From Vicinamibacteria bacterium (GTDB taxonomy: Bacteria; Acidobacteriota; Vicinamibacteria; Marinacidobacterales; Marinacidobacteraceae): a stretch of 64,000 nucleotides of DNA. The stretch covers positions 608,001 through 672,000 of the forward strand of contig OZ241322.1 in NCBI GenBank assembly GCA_965199715.1, read 5' to 3'. A model generated the notes under the pieces. It did no database searches and was not told the DNA's origin. It saw nothing but the letters and a program-made list of their open reading frames with translations. A program made the position numbers and the translations under genes. Position 1 is the first letter of the stretch; each line of letters begins with the position of its first letter. Positions 20,500-30,384 of this stretch are shown here, one piece after another.

Positions 20500-22089
20500 T
20501 CAGGGGCGGTCGGCGAGGCGGCGGGCGCGGAACTCGCTGGTCTCGCTCCACTCCGGCCAGTCCTCGGAGTCCGCGAGGCTGCGGCCCATCCGGTAGAGGA
20601 ACTCCAGATCCTCGACCATTCCGGAGAGGTCCCATGCGTCCTCCACCTCGTCGGCGGGCTTGTGGTAAAGCTCGGCGACGTAGCGCTCGCGCATCTCCAT
20701 TCCATAGCCCTCGGGCTTGCCGATGAACTCCGAGCCCCCGTCCCCGTAGAACGCCGGAACGCCGACCTTCGCGAACTCGAAATGGTCGGACCGGTAGTAG
20801 TAGCCGTTCTGCGGCTCGGGATCCGGTCGCAGTTCCCTGCCGAGCGCCGCGGCGACTCCACCAGCCACATCGTCCAGCTCGGACTGGCCGAGGCCGACGA
20901 CGGTGATGTCCGAAGTCCGCCCCCAGACGTTCATGCCGTCAAGGTTGAGCGCCGCCACGGTCTCCCGAGTCGGGTAGAGCTGGTTCTCGGCGTAGAAGCG
21001 GGACCCAAGCAACCCCTGCTCCTCGGCGGTCACCGCGAGGAACAGCACGCTGCGGCGTGGGGCGGGTTCCCGGCCGAACGCCTCGGCGAGCGCCACCAGT
21101 CCCATGGTTCCGGTCGCGTTGTCGATGGCCCCGTTGTAGATGCGGTCGCCGTCGCCGCCGGGAGCGGTCCCGAGATGATCCCAGTGCGCCGTGTAGATGA
21201 TGGTCTCGCCGGGCGCTTCCGCACCGGGCAGTCGCGCGAGGACGTTCCGGGACCGGAGCGTGCGGCGGGTGAGTTCCAGCTCGAACGAGGCGCCCACGCC
21301 GAGCTCCACCGGCTCGAAGTCCGGCTCCGCCGCTGCGGCGCGAGCGGCGTCGAAGTCGTGTCCTGCGCTCTCGAACAACCGAATGGCGTTCTCCCTCGAA
21401 ATCCATCCCTCCAGTTCCAACAGGTTCCCGTCGTCGGGTACGTCGAGGTCAAACTGTTCGCCGGTCCACGAACCGCTGACGACCTCCCACGGATATCCGG
21501 CAGGGCCGGTCTCGTGAACCACGAGCGCCCCGAGCGCACCCATCTCCGCCGCCTTCTCGAACTTGTAGGTCCAGCGCCCGTAGTACGTCATCGCGCTTCC
21601 ACCGAAGTGGTGGTCTCCCGGCGGATCGTTCACGAGCACCACCAGAATCTTCCCGGCGAGGTCGGCCTCGCCGAAGTCGTCCCAGCCGTACTCCGGGGCT
21701 TGAACGCCGTATCCGACGAAGAGCAGGTCACCGGCGGTGGCGGCGGACTCCACCGGGCGACGGGTCCATGCCACGAAGTCGGTGGCCGCCTCCCACGCAC
21801 CGCCGGGGTCCGAGGCGCCGGCCATGGTGGTCACGGTGTATCCGACGAGGGGCACTTCCTGAACCCACGTCCGGTCGGGGTTCCCGGGCTCCATTCCGGC
21901 CTCCGTGAATCCGCGCACGAGGGCGTCCACGACGAGTTCCTCGCCGGGCGAACCCGGGGCCCGGCCACCGAACTCGTCGGAAGAGAACGTGGAAATCTGG
22001 TTCAACAGACGCGCCTCGTCGAAGCGCGGAGCCTCGCCGCCGCACGCGAGCGACAGGAGCAGAAAGACGGCGACGGCGAACCGGAACAT
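20500..22089 (-). CDS. M28 family metallopeptidase, lipoprotein with PA domain
   Basis: Lipobox LSLAC; SDEFGGRAPG, TAHWDHLG, NGAIDNATG, AEEQGLLGS, RSDHFEF, YHKPAD. Confidence 0.93.
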   Translation of the reverse strand: MFRFAVAVFLLLSLACGGEAPRFDEARLLNQISTFSSDEFGGRAPGSPGEELVVDALVRGFTEAGMEPGNPDRTWVQEVPLVGYTVTTMAGASDPGGAWEAATDFVAWTRRPVESAATAGDLLFVGYGVQAPEYGWDDFGEADLAGKILVVLVNDPPGDHHFGGSAMTYYGRWTYKFEKAAEMGALGALVVHETGPAGYPWEVVSGSWTGEQFDLDVPDDGNLLELEGWISRENAIRLFESAGHDFDAARAAAAEPDFEPVELGVGASFELELTRRTLRSRNVLARLPGAEAPGETIIYTAHWDHLGTAPGGDGDRIYNGAIDNATGTMGLVALAEAFGREPAPRRSVLFLAVTAEEQGLLGSRFYAENQLYPTRETVAALNLDGMNVWGRTSDITVVGLGQSELDDVAGGVAAALGRELRPDPEPQNGYYYRSDHFEFAKVGVPAFYGDGGSEFIGKPEGYGMEMRERYVAELYHKPADEVEDAWDLSGMVEDLEFLYRMGRSLADSEDWPEWSETSEFRARRLADRP

Positions 22090-22151
22090 GCGAGGAACCT
22101 CCACGGAAGGACCAATTCTGGCAAAATCGCCCGCCCTCAGGAGGTGATCCG

Positions 22152-22652
22152 ATGAACTACTGGATTCCGTTCGGAAACCGGCTTGACGCCGCTGGCGTGG
22201 GTCGGGCGGTCCGCATCGCCATCGTCATCTCGCTCGTGGTGACGCTCGTGCGGCTCCTCGGGGCGCTCGGGGGGCTTCCCGACGCCCTCGTGAACCGTGA
22301 GGCCGGCGGGGCCGGGGCGATCATCGGCATCGTCTGGCTCATCCCGCTGTTCGCGATCTGGTTCGGCGTCCTCCGGGGCCGCTCCGGCGAGCGCGGCCTC
22401 GGGGGCGCACTGCTCGCAAACTTCTCGTATTCGGTGGGAGCGCGGGTTCCCGTGATGGTCATCATGCTGTTCGCAACGCTCGGCGCGTGGGGCACGCACT
22501 ACGACGCCTACCCCGACATGGAGGGGATGGCCCCGCTGGCGCGGTGGTTCATTGGCGGCGTGCTCCCGCAGATCGGTTTCTGGATGCTGGCCGTCACCAC
22601 GCTGATCGGAGGGCTGATCACGTGGGCGACGAGTCGGCTCGTCCGCTCGTGA
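22152..22652 (+). CDS. Hypothetical membrane protein (WGTHYD motif)
   Basis: RBS GAGGTG, about 4 TM segments, GC3-rich codons, GTGA overlap with next gene. Confidence 0.75.
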   Translation: MNYWIPFGNRLDAAGVGRAVRIAIVISLVVTLVRLLGALGGLPDALVNREAGGAGAIIGIVWLIPLFAIWFGVLRGRSGERGLGGALLANFSYSVGARVPVMVIMLFATLGAWGTHYDAYPDMEGMAPLARWFIGGVLPQIGFWMLAVTTLIGGLITWATSRLVRS

Positions 22653-23158
22653 GCGATCCCCGCTTCCCGATCGGGCGGTTCGCCGCCCCCGATCCGATCA
22701 CGGAGGAGCACATCGCCGAGTGGACGGCCGATCTGGGCCGCCTCCCTCTTGACCTGCGGCGCGCCGTGACGCCGCTGTCGGAGAGCCAGCGCGACACGCC
22801 CTACCGGCCGGGCGGCTGGACCGTCCGGCAAATCGTCCACCATCTCTCGGACACGCACCTCAACAGCTTCCTCCGGTTCCGCTGGGCGCTGACCGAGGAC
22901 GCCCCGGTCGTGAAGCCGTTCGATGTGGGGAAGGTCGCGGAGCTCCCCGATTACCAAGCGCCGGTCGAACACTCGCTTGACCTGCTGGAGGCGCTCCACG
23001 CCCGCTGGGTGGGAGTTCTCGCCGGCGTGCGTTTCGCCGAGCTCCAGCGCTCCTTTCGAAGCCCCGAGGGGAACGTCACAACGCTGGCGAAGAACCTCGG
23101 GATCTACACGTGGCACGGCCGCCACCACCTCGCCCACATCCAGAACGCCCCCATCTGA
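22649..23158 (+). CDS. YfiT/DinB-family metal-dependent thiol transferase
   Basis: RFPIG, TPYRPGGWTVRQIVHHLSDTH, ALTED.P..KP, WHGRHHLAHI. Confidence 0.9.
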   Translation: MSDPRFPIGRFAAPDPITEEHIAEWTADLGRLPLDLRRAVTPLSESQRDTPYRPGGWTVRQIVHHLSDTHLNSFLRFRWALTEDAPVVKPFDVGKVAELPDYQAPVEHSLDLLEALHARWVGVLAGVRFAELQRSFRSPEGNVTTLAKNLGIYTWHGRHHLAHIQNAPI

Positions 23159-23211
23159 ACTTCTGGAGCTCGCGCTCGTTCCGAGCGGGCGGCGGTGGTA
23201 GCCGCTCCGGC

Positions 23212-23616
23212 TCAGTAGGCGACTGAGAACCGGAAGCGCGCCCGCGCCTCGGTGGCTGCGGCGAGCATTTCCTCAAGCTGCGCCAGCTCCGAGCGGAGCG
23301 CGGCGGGGGCCGGGAATGCCTCCGGGTCGGCATCCAGCCCCGCACGGAGCGCCCGGATCAGGTCCAGACCGTCCTGCGCCCGGAACCAGCCCGCCGGCGT
23401 CACCGCATCGGCGTCCGCGTCGAAGTTGAGGTCGGCGGCGAGAATCTCGGTTTCCTCCGGGCTGAGACTCACGAACTCGTCCAGCGGCGACAGGCCCGCC
23501 GCCTCAGCGACCTCGGAGAGTTCCCATCGCGCCTGATTCAGGGCGTGCCCGGCGAACTCATCCGGGGCGAACCCGGCGACCGGACGGTCCAGCGCGATCG
23601 AGATGCCGACGCCCAC
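23212..23616 (-). CDS. Hypothetical protein
   Basis: Acidic globular ORF with coding-like codon usage; GTG start 10 nt after upstream stop. Confidence 0.65.
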   Translation of the reverse strand: MGVGISIALDRPVAGFAPDEFAGHALNQARWELSEVAEAAGLSPLDEFVSLSPEETEILAADLNFDADADAVTPAGWFRAQDGLDLIRALRAGLDADPEAFPAPAALRSELAQLEEMLAAATEARARFRFSVAY

Positions 23617-23626
23617 CGGGAAGCGA

Positions 23627-24529
23627 TCAGCCGGTGGGTGCGGCCGGGCGGTGGTAGCGCTGCTCGCCGGCCTCGACCCGGATCTCAAGCCGGTTCTGCG
23701 GCGGCGGCGTCGGGCAGGTCGTGAACTCGCTGAACCCGCAGGGCGGATTCTCGGCGCGGTTGAAGTCGAGGATCACCCTGCCGTCCGCCGGCGGCGGGAC
23801 CGTGAGGAACCGCGCCGACGGGTAGGTCTCCACTCCGCTCGTGCCGTCGGTCATGACGAAGAACAGGTTGCCGTTGCTGCGGGTGAACGCCTGCATCCGC
23901 TGGCTCTCGCCGCCGAGATCGAACACCACTTCGCCGTGCGACACGTAGTCCTCAAGATCGCCCCGGATGTTGACCGCCTTGACGTGGCGTTCCTCGGCGT
24001 AGGGATCGAACACCGCTTCGACCCGATACTCGGGCGACGGCGGATACCAGACGCGGCCGGTGAAGGTGGTCCGCAGCCAATGATCGAGGTCCCGCAGCCG
24101 GAGCGCCCGGCGCTCGCCGCTCGTGTGGAGCCAGAACCACACCCGATCGTCGAGCGCCAGCGCGGCGGCCTCGCCGATCTCGAGTTCGCCGGAGGTGAAG
24201 GGCTCGCCCTTGAGCGTCGCCTCCACGCCGTCCGCCACGGTCGCGAAGGCGCGCCCATCCGCGTCGAAGGTCACGTGCACCGCGGATTCCGGAAAGCGCT
24301 CCGGAAGGCGCAGGTCATCGGCCTCGGCGCTGCCGACCGTATGCTCCCCGGCGGTCAGGAAGTGGAGATCGGCGACGGTGAGCCAGCTTCGGTCGGAGGT
24401 GAGGTCCGCCTCCTCCCGCTGGCGCCAGTCGGCCACGGACCGCTCCCACGCGGCCGGATCGAACGGCTCGTTTCCGGTCCCGCAGGCCAGAAGGGTCGGA
24501 ACGAGGAGGATGGAGAGGAGGGCACGCAT
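23627..24529 (-). CDS. DUF1684 family lipoprotein
   Basis: Lipobox LLAC; D.TSG.ETY...RFL, LDFNRAENPPCGFSEFTTCP.PP.QNRL...VEAGE. Confidence 0.9.
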   Translation of the reverse strand: MRALLSILLVPTLLACGTGNEPFDPAAWERSVADWRQREEADLTSDRSWLTVADLHFLTAGEHTVGSAEADDLRLPERFPESAVHVTFDADGRAFATVADGVEATLKGEPFTSGELEIGEAAALALDDRVWFWLHTSGERRALRLRDLDHWLRTTFTGRVWYPPSPEYRVEAVFDPYAEERHVKAVNIRGDLEDYVSHGEVVFDLGGESQRMQAFTRSNGNLFFVMTDGTSGVETYPSARFLTVPPPADGRVILDFNRAENPPCGFSEFTTCPTPPPQNRLEIRVEAGEQRYHRPAAPTG

Positions 24530-24539
24530 GCCCCGCATT

Positions 24540-25644
24540 CTACGAAGGCGGGCGGGCGAAGAACTTCAGCCCGGCCTTGATGAAGGCGTCGAGGTCGCCG
24601 CCCATGACCCGGTCCACGTCTCCCGCCTGATGGCCGGTCCGGTGGTCCTTGACCATGCGATACGGCTGGAACACGTACGACCGGATCTGGTTGCCCCACG
24701 TGTTCTCGCCGAGGCTCTCCCTTTGCGCCTCCTCGGATTCCTTCTGCTCGCGCACCGCCTTGTCGTACAGGCGCGCCCGCAGCACCTTCATCGCGCTGTC
24801 GCGGTTGCGGTGCTGGGAGCGCTCGTTCTGGCAGGAGACCACGATCCCGGTCGGCAGGTGGGTGATCCGGACCGCCGAATCGGTCACGTTCACGTGCTGG
24901 CCGCCCTTGCCGCTGGCGCGGAAGGTGTCGATGCGCAGGTCGCCCTCCTCGATCTCGATCTCGATGCGGTCGTCGAGATCGGGGAACGCCGCCACCGACG
25001 CGAACGACGTGTGCCGCCGGTGCTGGGCGTCGAACGGGGACATGCGGACCAGCCGGTGGATGCCCGACTCGACCCGCAGCAGCCCGTAGGCGTGTTCGCC
25101 CCGCACCTCGACGGTCGCGCTCTTGATCCCCGCCTCGTCGCCCGCCTGCCGGTCGAGAATCTCCACGGTCAGGCCCCGGCCGCTCGCCCAGCGCAGGTAC
25201 ATCCCGAGGAGCATCCCGGCCCAGTCCTGCGCGTCGGTGCCCCCGGCGCCGGGGTTGATCGACAGGATGGCGTCCTCGCCGTCGTGCTCGCCGTGGAAGA
25301 GCCGCCGCAGCTCCAGCTCCCCGACGCGGGCCGTGAGCCGGTCGAGGTGCTCCTTCAAGTCGGCTTCGACGTCTTCCTCCCCCTCTTCGGCCCACTCGAC
25401 GAGCGTCGCGACCTCGTCGGCCAGACCGTCGAGGTCGCGGCCCCCGTCGAGATCGGACGCGAGCGAGGCGCGGCGGCGCGAGAGCTCCCGCCCGCTCCCC
25501 GACGCCGACCAGACCTCCGGGTCGCTCAGCTTCCGGTCGAGTTCGGCGATCTCCCGCGCCGCGGCGTCCAGGTCAAAGGAACCCCCTGACGGCGCCGATC
25601 CGGTCCTTGAGCCCTCGCCAGCGTTCGAGCAGTTCCTGCTGCAT
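24540..25644 (-). CDS. prfB: Peptide chain release factor 2 (programmed +1 frameshift)
   Basis: SPF, GGQHVN, RRHTSF motifs; 23-codon first segment ending AGGGGG TTC CTT TGA C. Confidence 0.97.
25572..25587 (-). promoter_or_regulatory. prfB +1 frameshift cassette (internal SD AGGGGG + CTT TGA C)
   Basis: Minus strand reads AGGGGGTTCCTTTGAC, matching the canonical RF2 autoregulatory site. Confidence 0.95.
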
Positions 25645-25652
25645 GGCCCCAG

Positions 25653-26234
25653 CTAACGGGGGACGACGATCGCCTGATGCCCGGCCGCGTCGAGGCTGGT
25701 CACGGTCGCCCGCGCGTCCTCACGGGTCACGAAACGGCCGACGCGCACGCGGATCAGGCCCCGGGGCATGGCCTCGAGATACGCCTCGAGGCCCAGCGCG
25801 GAGAGGTCCTGCTGGAGTTGCTCGGCGGCGGCCCGATCGCGCAACGCGGCGATCTGGATCGTGAAATCGCCCGTCGCGGCGGGCGCGGCCGGCGCGGGCT
25901 GCGGTTCCGGTGCGGGTTCGGGGGCCGGAGGCGGCTCGGGAACGAGTTCCGGCGCCTGGGCCGTCGTCCCGCTGGGGATGAGCGGCTCGTCCGGACGGCG
26001 CTCCTCGACGAGCTCTTCCGCGGGCTGCTCCATGGGCTCGGCCGCCGGCTGGGCGACGGGCTGCTCTACGGGCGGCGGCGCGCTCCCTGCGATGGTCGGC
26101 GGGGCGAGGTTTCGCCCGATCAGGACGCCCCCGACGAACACGCCCCCCACGACGAGAACCAGAAGTCCGAGCAGGATCGCCAGTTGGCGCGTCGTGAACT
26201 GGACGTCGTAATGGTCGTCCTGCGCTGTGGTCAT
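25653..26234 (-). CDS. SPOR domain protein (DedD/FtsN-like)
   Basis: N-terminal TM, Pro/Glu/Ala linker, C-terminal FTIQIAAL...RVRVGRF..REDA. Confidence 0.88.
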   Translation of the reverse strand: MTTAQDDHYDVQFTTRQLAILLGLLVLVVGGVFVGGVLIGRNLAPPTIAGSAPPPVEQPVAQPAAEPMEQPAEELVEERRPDEPLIPSGTTAQAPELVPEPPPAPEPAPEPQPAPAAPAATGDFTIQIAALRDRAAAEQLQQDLSALGLEAYLEAMPRGLIRVRVGRFVTREDARATVTSLDAAGHQAIVVPR

Positions 26235-26279
26235 GGGCCCTCCGGTCGGCTTGGCGCGGGGAATGTTACGGGATGGGCG

Positions 26280-27053
26280 TCAGTCCTTCTCGTCGGGCTT
26301 GGCGATCTCGAGGAACGGCTTCACCAGATCCAGCGGCAGCGGGAACACGATGGTCGAGTTCTTCTCCGAGGCGATCTCGGTGAGCGTCTGCAGGTAGCGG
26401 AGCTGCGCGCCCAGCGGGTGGCGACCGACGACCTGCGCGGCATTGGCGAGCTGGGTGGAGGCCTGGAGCTCGCCTTCCGCGTGGATGACCTTGGCCCGCT
26501 TCTCGCGCTCGGCCTCGGCCTGCCGGGCGAGCGCCCGCGTCATGTCCGCGGGAAGGTCCACGTGCTTGACCTCGACGGACGCGACCTTGATCCCCCACGG
26601 ATCCGTCTGCTCGTCGAGAATCCGCTGGAGTTGGGTGTTCAGTTGCTCCCGCTGCGAGAGCAGGTCGTCCAGCTCGACCTGTCCGAGGACGCTGCGAAGC
26701 GTGGTCTGGGCGAGCTGCGAGGTCGTGTAGAGGAAGTCCTCGACCTCGATGACCGCCTTGATCGGGTCGATCACGCGGAAGAACACGACCGCGTTCACCT
26801 TCACCGAGACGTTGTCGCGGGTGATGATGTCCTGCGGCGGCACGTCGAAGGCCACGAGGCGCAGGCTCACCCGCACCATGCGGTCGATGGGGGCCAGGAC
26901 GAAGACGAGGCCCGGCCCCTTGGTCCCCCGGAGAAGCTTCCCGAAGCGGAAGACGACCCCCCGCTCGTACTCGTTGAGCACCTTGATCCAGTTGACGATG
27001 AATATGGCGACCAGGGCGATCGCGACAAGCGTTCCGAGCGGAAGGCCGAACAT
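26280..27053 (-). CDS. Slipin/stomatin (SPFH, band 7) protein
   Basis: [55 protein letters not shown]. Confidence 0.95.
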   Translation of the reverse strand: MFGLPLGTLVAIALVAIFIVNWIKVLNEYERGVVFRFGKLLRGTKGPGLVFVLAPIDRMVRVSLRLVAFDVPPQDIITRDNVSVKVNAVVFFRVIDPIKAVIEVEDFLYTTSQLAQTTLRSVLGQVELDDLLSQREQLNTQLQRILDEQTDPWGIKVASVEVKHVDLPADMTRALARQAEAEREKRAKVIHAEGELQASTQLANAAQVVGRHPLGAQLRYLQTLTEIASEKNSTIVFPLPLDLVKPFLEIAKPDEKD

Positions 27054-27081
27054 GGGATGACTCCTTTCGAGCCGGACGAAA

Positions 27082-28398
27082 TCAGATGGAGCGCGCGTCG
27101 GAGGAGACGGGGCCGACGCGCAGGGTGAGCCCCTCGACCGCCTCGATGCGCACCCGCTCGCCGACCGCGACCGCGTCCCGGGCCGTGGCCTGCCAGTACT
27201 CGCCGTGCACGAAGACCGTCCCGGCGCCGCCGCTCGGGATGGGCGCCCGCGCCGTTGCGACGAGCCCGACCATCCCCTCCTTCCCGGTCACGGCGGGCGC
27301 TTGGTGGGCGCGCAGGACCATCTGGCCGAGGAAGAAGACGAGGCCCGCGAAGACGACCACGGTGGGGATCACGAGACCGTAGGACACGTGCAGCTCCGGA
27401 ACGGGAAGGGACTGCTCCTCGAAGAAGAACAGCAGTCCGGCGGCGAGGCCGACGGCGCCGGCGAGGCCCATGATCCCGAACGACGGGGTCAGGGTCTCGG
27501 CGATCAGGAGGCCTAGGCCGGCGAGCAACAGGAGGATCCCGAGCGCGCTCACCGGCAGCAGGTTCAGGCCGAAACCGGCGAGGACGAGCGCGACCAGCCC
27601 GAGCGCGCCGGGAAACAGCATGCCGGGGTTGGAGAACTCCAGATAAAGGCCGAGCAGCCCGATCATCCCGAGAATCACCGCGAGGCTCGGGTTCGCGATG
27701 AACGACAGCACCCGGTCCCGGGTGCTGAGTTCGGTCACGACCACCGGGAGGCCGCCGACCTCGAGCGTTTCCTCCTCGCCGTCGATGCGGCGGACCGTCC
27801 TTCCGTCGAGCTGCGCCAGGAAGTCGGCCGGATCGCGGGCCACGAGATCGATGAGTCCGGCCTCGAGCGCCTCCGACGCGGTCCAGCTTCGCGCCTCGGT
27901 GACCCCCTCCTCGGCCAGCTCGACGTCGCGGCCGCGGCGCTCGGCGATGGAGCGCAGGTAGGCGGCGGCGTCCGACTCCACCTTGCGGCTGAGCGTCTCC
28001 GGCATCTCGCCGCCCGTCCCCGCGATCGGCGTCGCGGCGCCCATGTTGGTGCCGGGGGCCATGCCCGAGACGTCGGCGGCGAGCGTGATGAGGTATCCGG
28101 CCGACGCGGCGCGCGCGCCCGAGGGGCCGATGAAGACCGCGACCGGAACCTCGCTGTTCAGGATCGCCTCGATGATGTCCCGCATCGAGGTGTCGAGGCC
28201 GCCGGGAGTGTCGAGGCGGATCAGCACGAGCCCGGCGTCGCGCTCCCCGGCCAGCCGAATGGTCTCGACCACGCGGGCGGCGGAGACCGAGTGGATGATG
28301 TCCACCACGTCCACCTGCCGGATCTCGACGGCGGGAGCGGGCGCCGCGAACAGCGATCCGAGCGCGAGCGCTCCGGCGGCGCACAGCCGCGCCGTCAC
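27082..28398 (-). CDS. nfeD: NfeD long-form membrane serine protease
   Basis: [29 protein letters not shown] region, [16 protein letters not shown]; adjacent to slipin. Confidence 0.93.
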   Translation of the reverse strand: MTARLCAAGALALGSLFAAPAPAVEIRQVDVVDIIHSVSAARVVETIRLAGERDAGLVLIRLDTPGGLDTSMRDIIEAILNSEVPVAVFIGPSGARAASAGYLITLAADVSGMAPGTNMGAATPIAGTGGEMPETLSRKVESDAAAYLRSIAERRGRDVELAEEGVTEARSWTASEALEAGLIDLVARDPADFLAQLDGRTVRRIDGEEETLEVGGLPVVVTELSTRDRVLSFIANPSLAVILGMIGLLGLYLEFSNPGMLFPGALGLVALVLAGFGLNLLPVSALGILLLLAGLGLLIAETLTPSFGIMGLAGAVGLAAGLLFFFEEQSLPVPELHVSYGLVIPTVVVFAGLVFFLGQMVLRAHQAPAVTGKEGMVGLVATARAPIPSGGAGTVFVHGEYWQATARDAVAVGERVRIEAVEGLTLRVGPVSSDARSI

Positions 28399-28871
28399 AG
28401 GATGCCCCGCTCGTGGATCGTCTTGAGTTCGAGAACCTCGAGTTCGCGCTCGCCCGCGGGCGCTCTGAAGTACACGAAGTCCGAGACGCAGGCGCCGATG
28501 AGCGCCCGCCCGATCGGGGAGGCCGTGGAAATGCGGCCCAAGCTCGCGTCGGCCTCCTCGCTCACCACGAGCTCGTAGCGGCATTCGCGACCGCTGGTGT
28601 GATCCATCACCCGCACCTCGCTCCCCAGCGAGACCCGGTCGTTCGGGATGCTGTCGAGGTGGAGCATGGACAGGTCGGCGAGGCGTTTCTTCAACTGGGC
28701 GAGGCGGGCGCTGACGAACGCCTGCCGCTCCTTCGCCGCGTCGTACTCGGCGTTCTCCGAGAGATCCCCGTGCTCCCGCGCCTCCCGGATCTGCTTGGGA
28801 AGCTGCAGGTGAAGCTCCTCCTCCAGCGCGCGCACCTCCGCCTCGAGCTTGGAGCGAAACGTCAGTGCCAC
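28395..28871 (-). CDS. greA: Transcription elongation factor GreA
   Basis: AREHGDLSENAEYDAAKERQ, ISTASPIGRALIG. Confidence 0.93.
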   Translation of the reverse strand: MALTFRSKLEAEVRALEEELHLQLPKQIREAREHGDLSENAEYDAAKERQAFVSARLAQLKKRLADLSMLHLDSIPNDRVSLGSEVRVMDHTSGRECRYELVVSEEADASLGRISTASPIGRALIGACVSDFVYFRAPAGERELEVLELKTIHERGIL

Positions 28872-29036
28872 CGTAGGAATCCGTGCGGGTTGAGAACGAG
28901 CCTATGTTACTTCGGAGGACGGCCCGATCGCCCCGGTCCGGGGGCGCGTACGGCGCGACGCGATCGGCTCGTCCGGCAGGTTGCGGGAAGGCGCCGCCGG
29001 GCGGCATGATTCCGCGTTCCCGAAGGGGGTTCTCCC

Positions 29037-29645
29037 ATGAAGACTCGACTCCTGCGAGAGTCGGCGCTCGCCGCCGGCGTCGCCCTGAGCCTGCCGCTCG
29101 CGGCCGGAGCCCAGACCATGAATCTCAAGGTGGGCGACCGCGCCCCGATGTTCCCGAACCCCCTGCCGTCCACGGCCGGGGAGTCCGCCGGAGCGACCAA
29201 GCTCGGGCTCGACGCCGCGCTCGGCGAGAAGAACATCGTCCTCGCGTTCTACGTGGCCGACTGGACCGGTGGTTGAACGCTCCAGTTTTCGTCCTACAAG
29301 GACGACATCCAGAAGTTTCTGGATGCGGACACGCAAGTTTTCGGGATCAGCGTGGACACGCCCTACTCCCAGTGGAACTGGCTCGGGAGCGTCGGCGACG
29401 AGTCCGGCATGATGGTCGAGCCCGCCGCCGACGGCGACCTGCCGGGCCTCGTGCTCCTGTCGGACCGCCACGCCGAGGTGATCGACGCCTACGGGGTGGA
29501 GCCGCTCGAGATCAACGGCGCCCGGTACGCGTCGCGGGCGACGTTCGTCATCGATCGGGAGGGCGTGCTCCAGTACGTCAACTACGACTACCAGATCCGC
29601 GACGACTACGAGCCGCTGCTCGAGGTCCTCGCCGGACTCGAATAG
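29037..29645 (+). CDS. Exported peroxiredoxin (AhpC/TSA family), probable selenoprotein (UGA 29274-29276)
   Basis: The two listed ORFs share a frame joined by TGA: LKVGDRAPMF...FYVADWTGG-U-TLQ...GISVD...LLSD...RATFVID.EG. TGA sits at the TxxC peroxidatic position. Confidence 0.85.
29289..29325 (+). promoter_or_regulatory. Candidate bacterial SECIS hairpins downstream of UGA
   Basis: TCGTCC-TACAA-GGACGA (29289-29305) and CATCCAGAA-GT-TTCTGGATG (29306-29325), starting 13 nt after the TGA. Confidence 0.55.
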
Positions 29646-29655
29646 CCGACGCCGC

Positions 29656-30381
29656 GTGACCTGCCGGGAGGCCCTCGTGGTCTCGATGCGGCGCGGTCCC
29701 GCCAACGCGATCGATCCCGAGCTCGTCGCGCAGCTCGGGGCGAGCCTCGACGAGGCCGAGGCGACGGGGCGGCCGCTCGTCCTGACCGGCGCCGGGCGCT
29801 TCTTCAGCGCGGGGCTGAACCTCGAGACGCTCCCCGACGACCGGGAGGCGATGGGGACCTTCCTCGACACCCTCGACGAACTCCTCCTCCGCCTGTTCCG
29901 GCTCCCCTGCCCCACCGTCGCCGCGGTGAACGGCCACGCGGTCGCGGGAGGCGCGATCCTCGCCGCCGCCTGCGACGTGCGCTTCGGCGCCGAGGGGAAC
30001 TATCGGGTCGGACTCTCGGAAGTGAGCCTCGGGGTCGTCTTCCCGGCGGCGGCTCTCGAGATCATCCGGGCCACCGTGCCGCGGTCGCGCCTTCCCGAAG
30101 TCCTCTTGGCGAGCCATCTGAGCCGGCCGGTGGGGGCCGTGGGCGCGGGGTTCCTCCACGAACTCGCGCCGTCGAGGGAGCTGCTCGCGCGCGCCGTCGA
30201 GCACGCCGAGATGCTCGGGGCGCAGCCGCGCACCGCCTACACCCACACGAAGCGGGCGCTGCGCGACGAGCACGTGGACCGCGCGCGGCGACGCCGCGCG
30301 GTGTGCCGGGAGGGATTCCTCGACACGTGGTTCTCCGAGGACGCGGCGCGCCGTCGCGCCGCGGTCCTCGGCCGGGCCTGA
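29656..30381 (+). CDS. Enoyl-CoA hydratase/isomerase family protein
   Basis: FFSAGLNL, PTVAAVNGHAVAGGAILAAACD, GLSEVSLG. Confidence 0.92.
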   Translation: MTCREALVVSMRRGPANAIDPELVAQLGASLDEAEATGRPLVLTGAGRFFSAGLNLETLPDDREAMGTFLDTLDELLLRLFRLPCPTVAAVNGHAVAGGAILAAACDVRFGAEGNYRVGLSEVSLGVVFPAAALEIIRATVPRSRLPEVLLASHLSRPVGAVGAGFLHELAPSRELLARAVEHAEMLGAQPRTAYTHTKRALRDEHVDRARRRRAVCREGFLDTWFSEDAARRRAAVLGRA

Positions 30382-30384
30382 CCG

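Noticed and set aside
24540-25644. prfB as a truncated gene or pseudogene
   Set aside because: The canonical programmed frameshift cassette explains the break.
29037-29645. Two separate small ORFs (79 aa and 97 aa)
   Set aside because: They share a frame and form one continuous Prx fold across the TGA.
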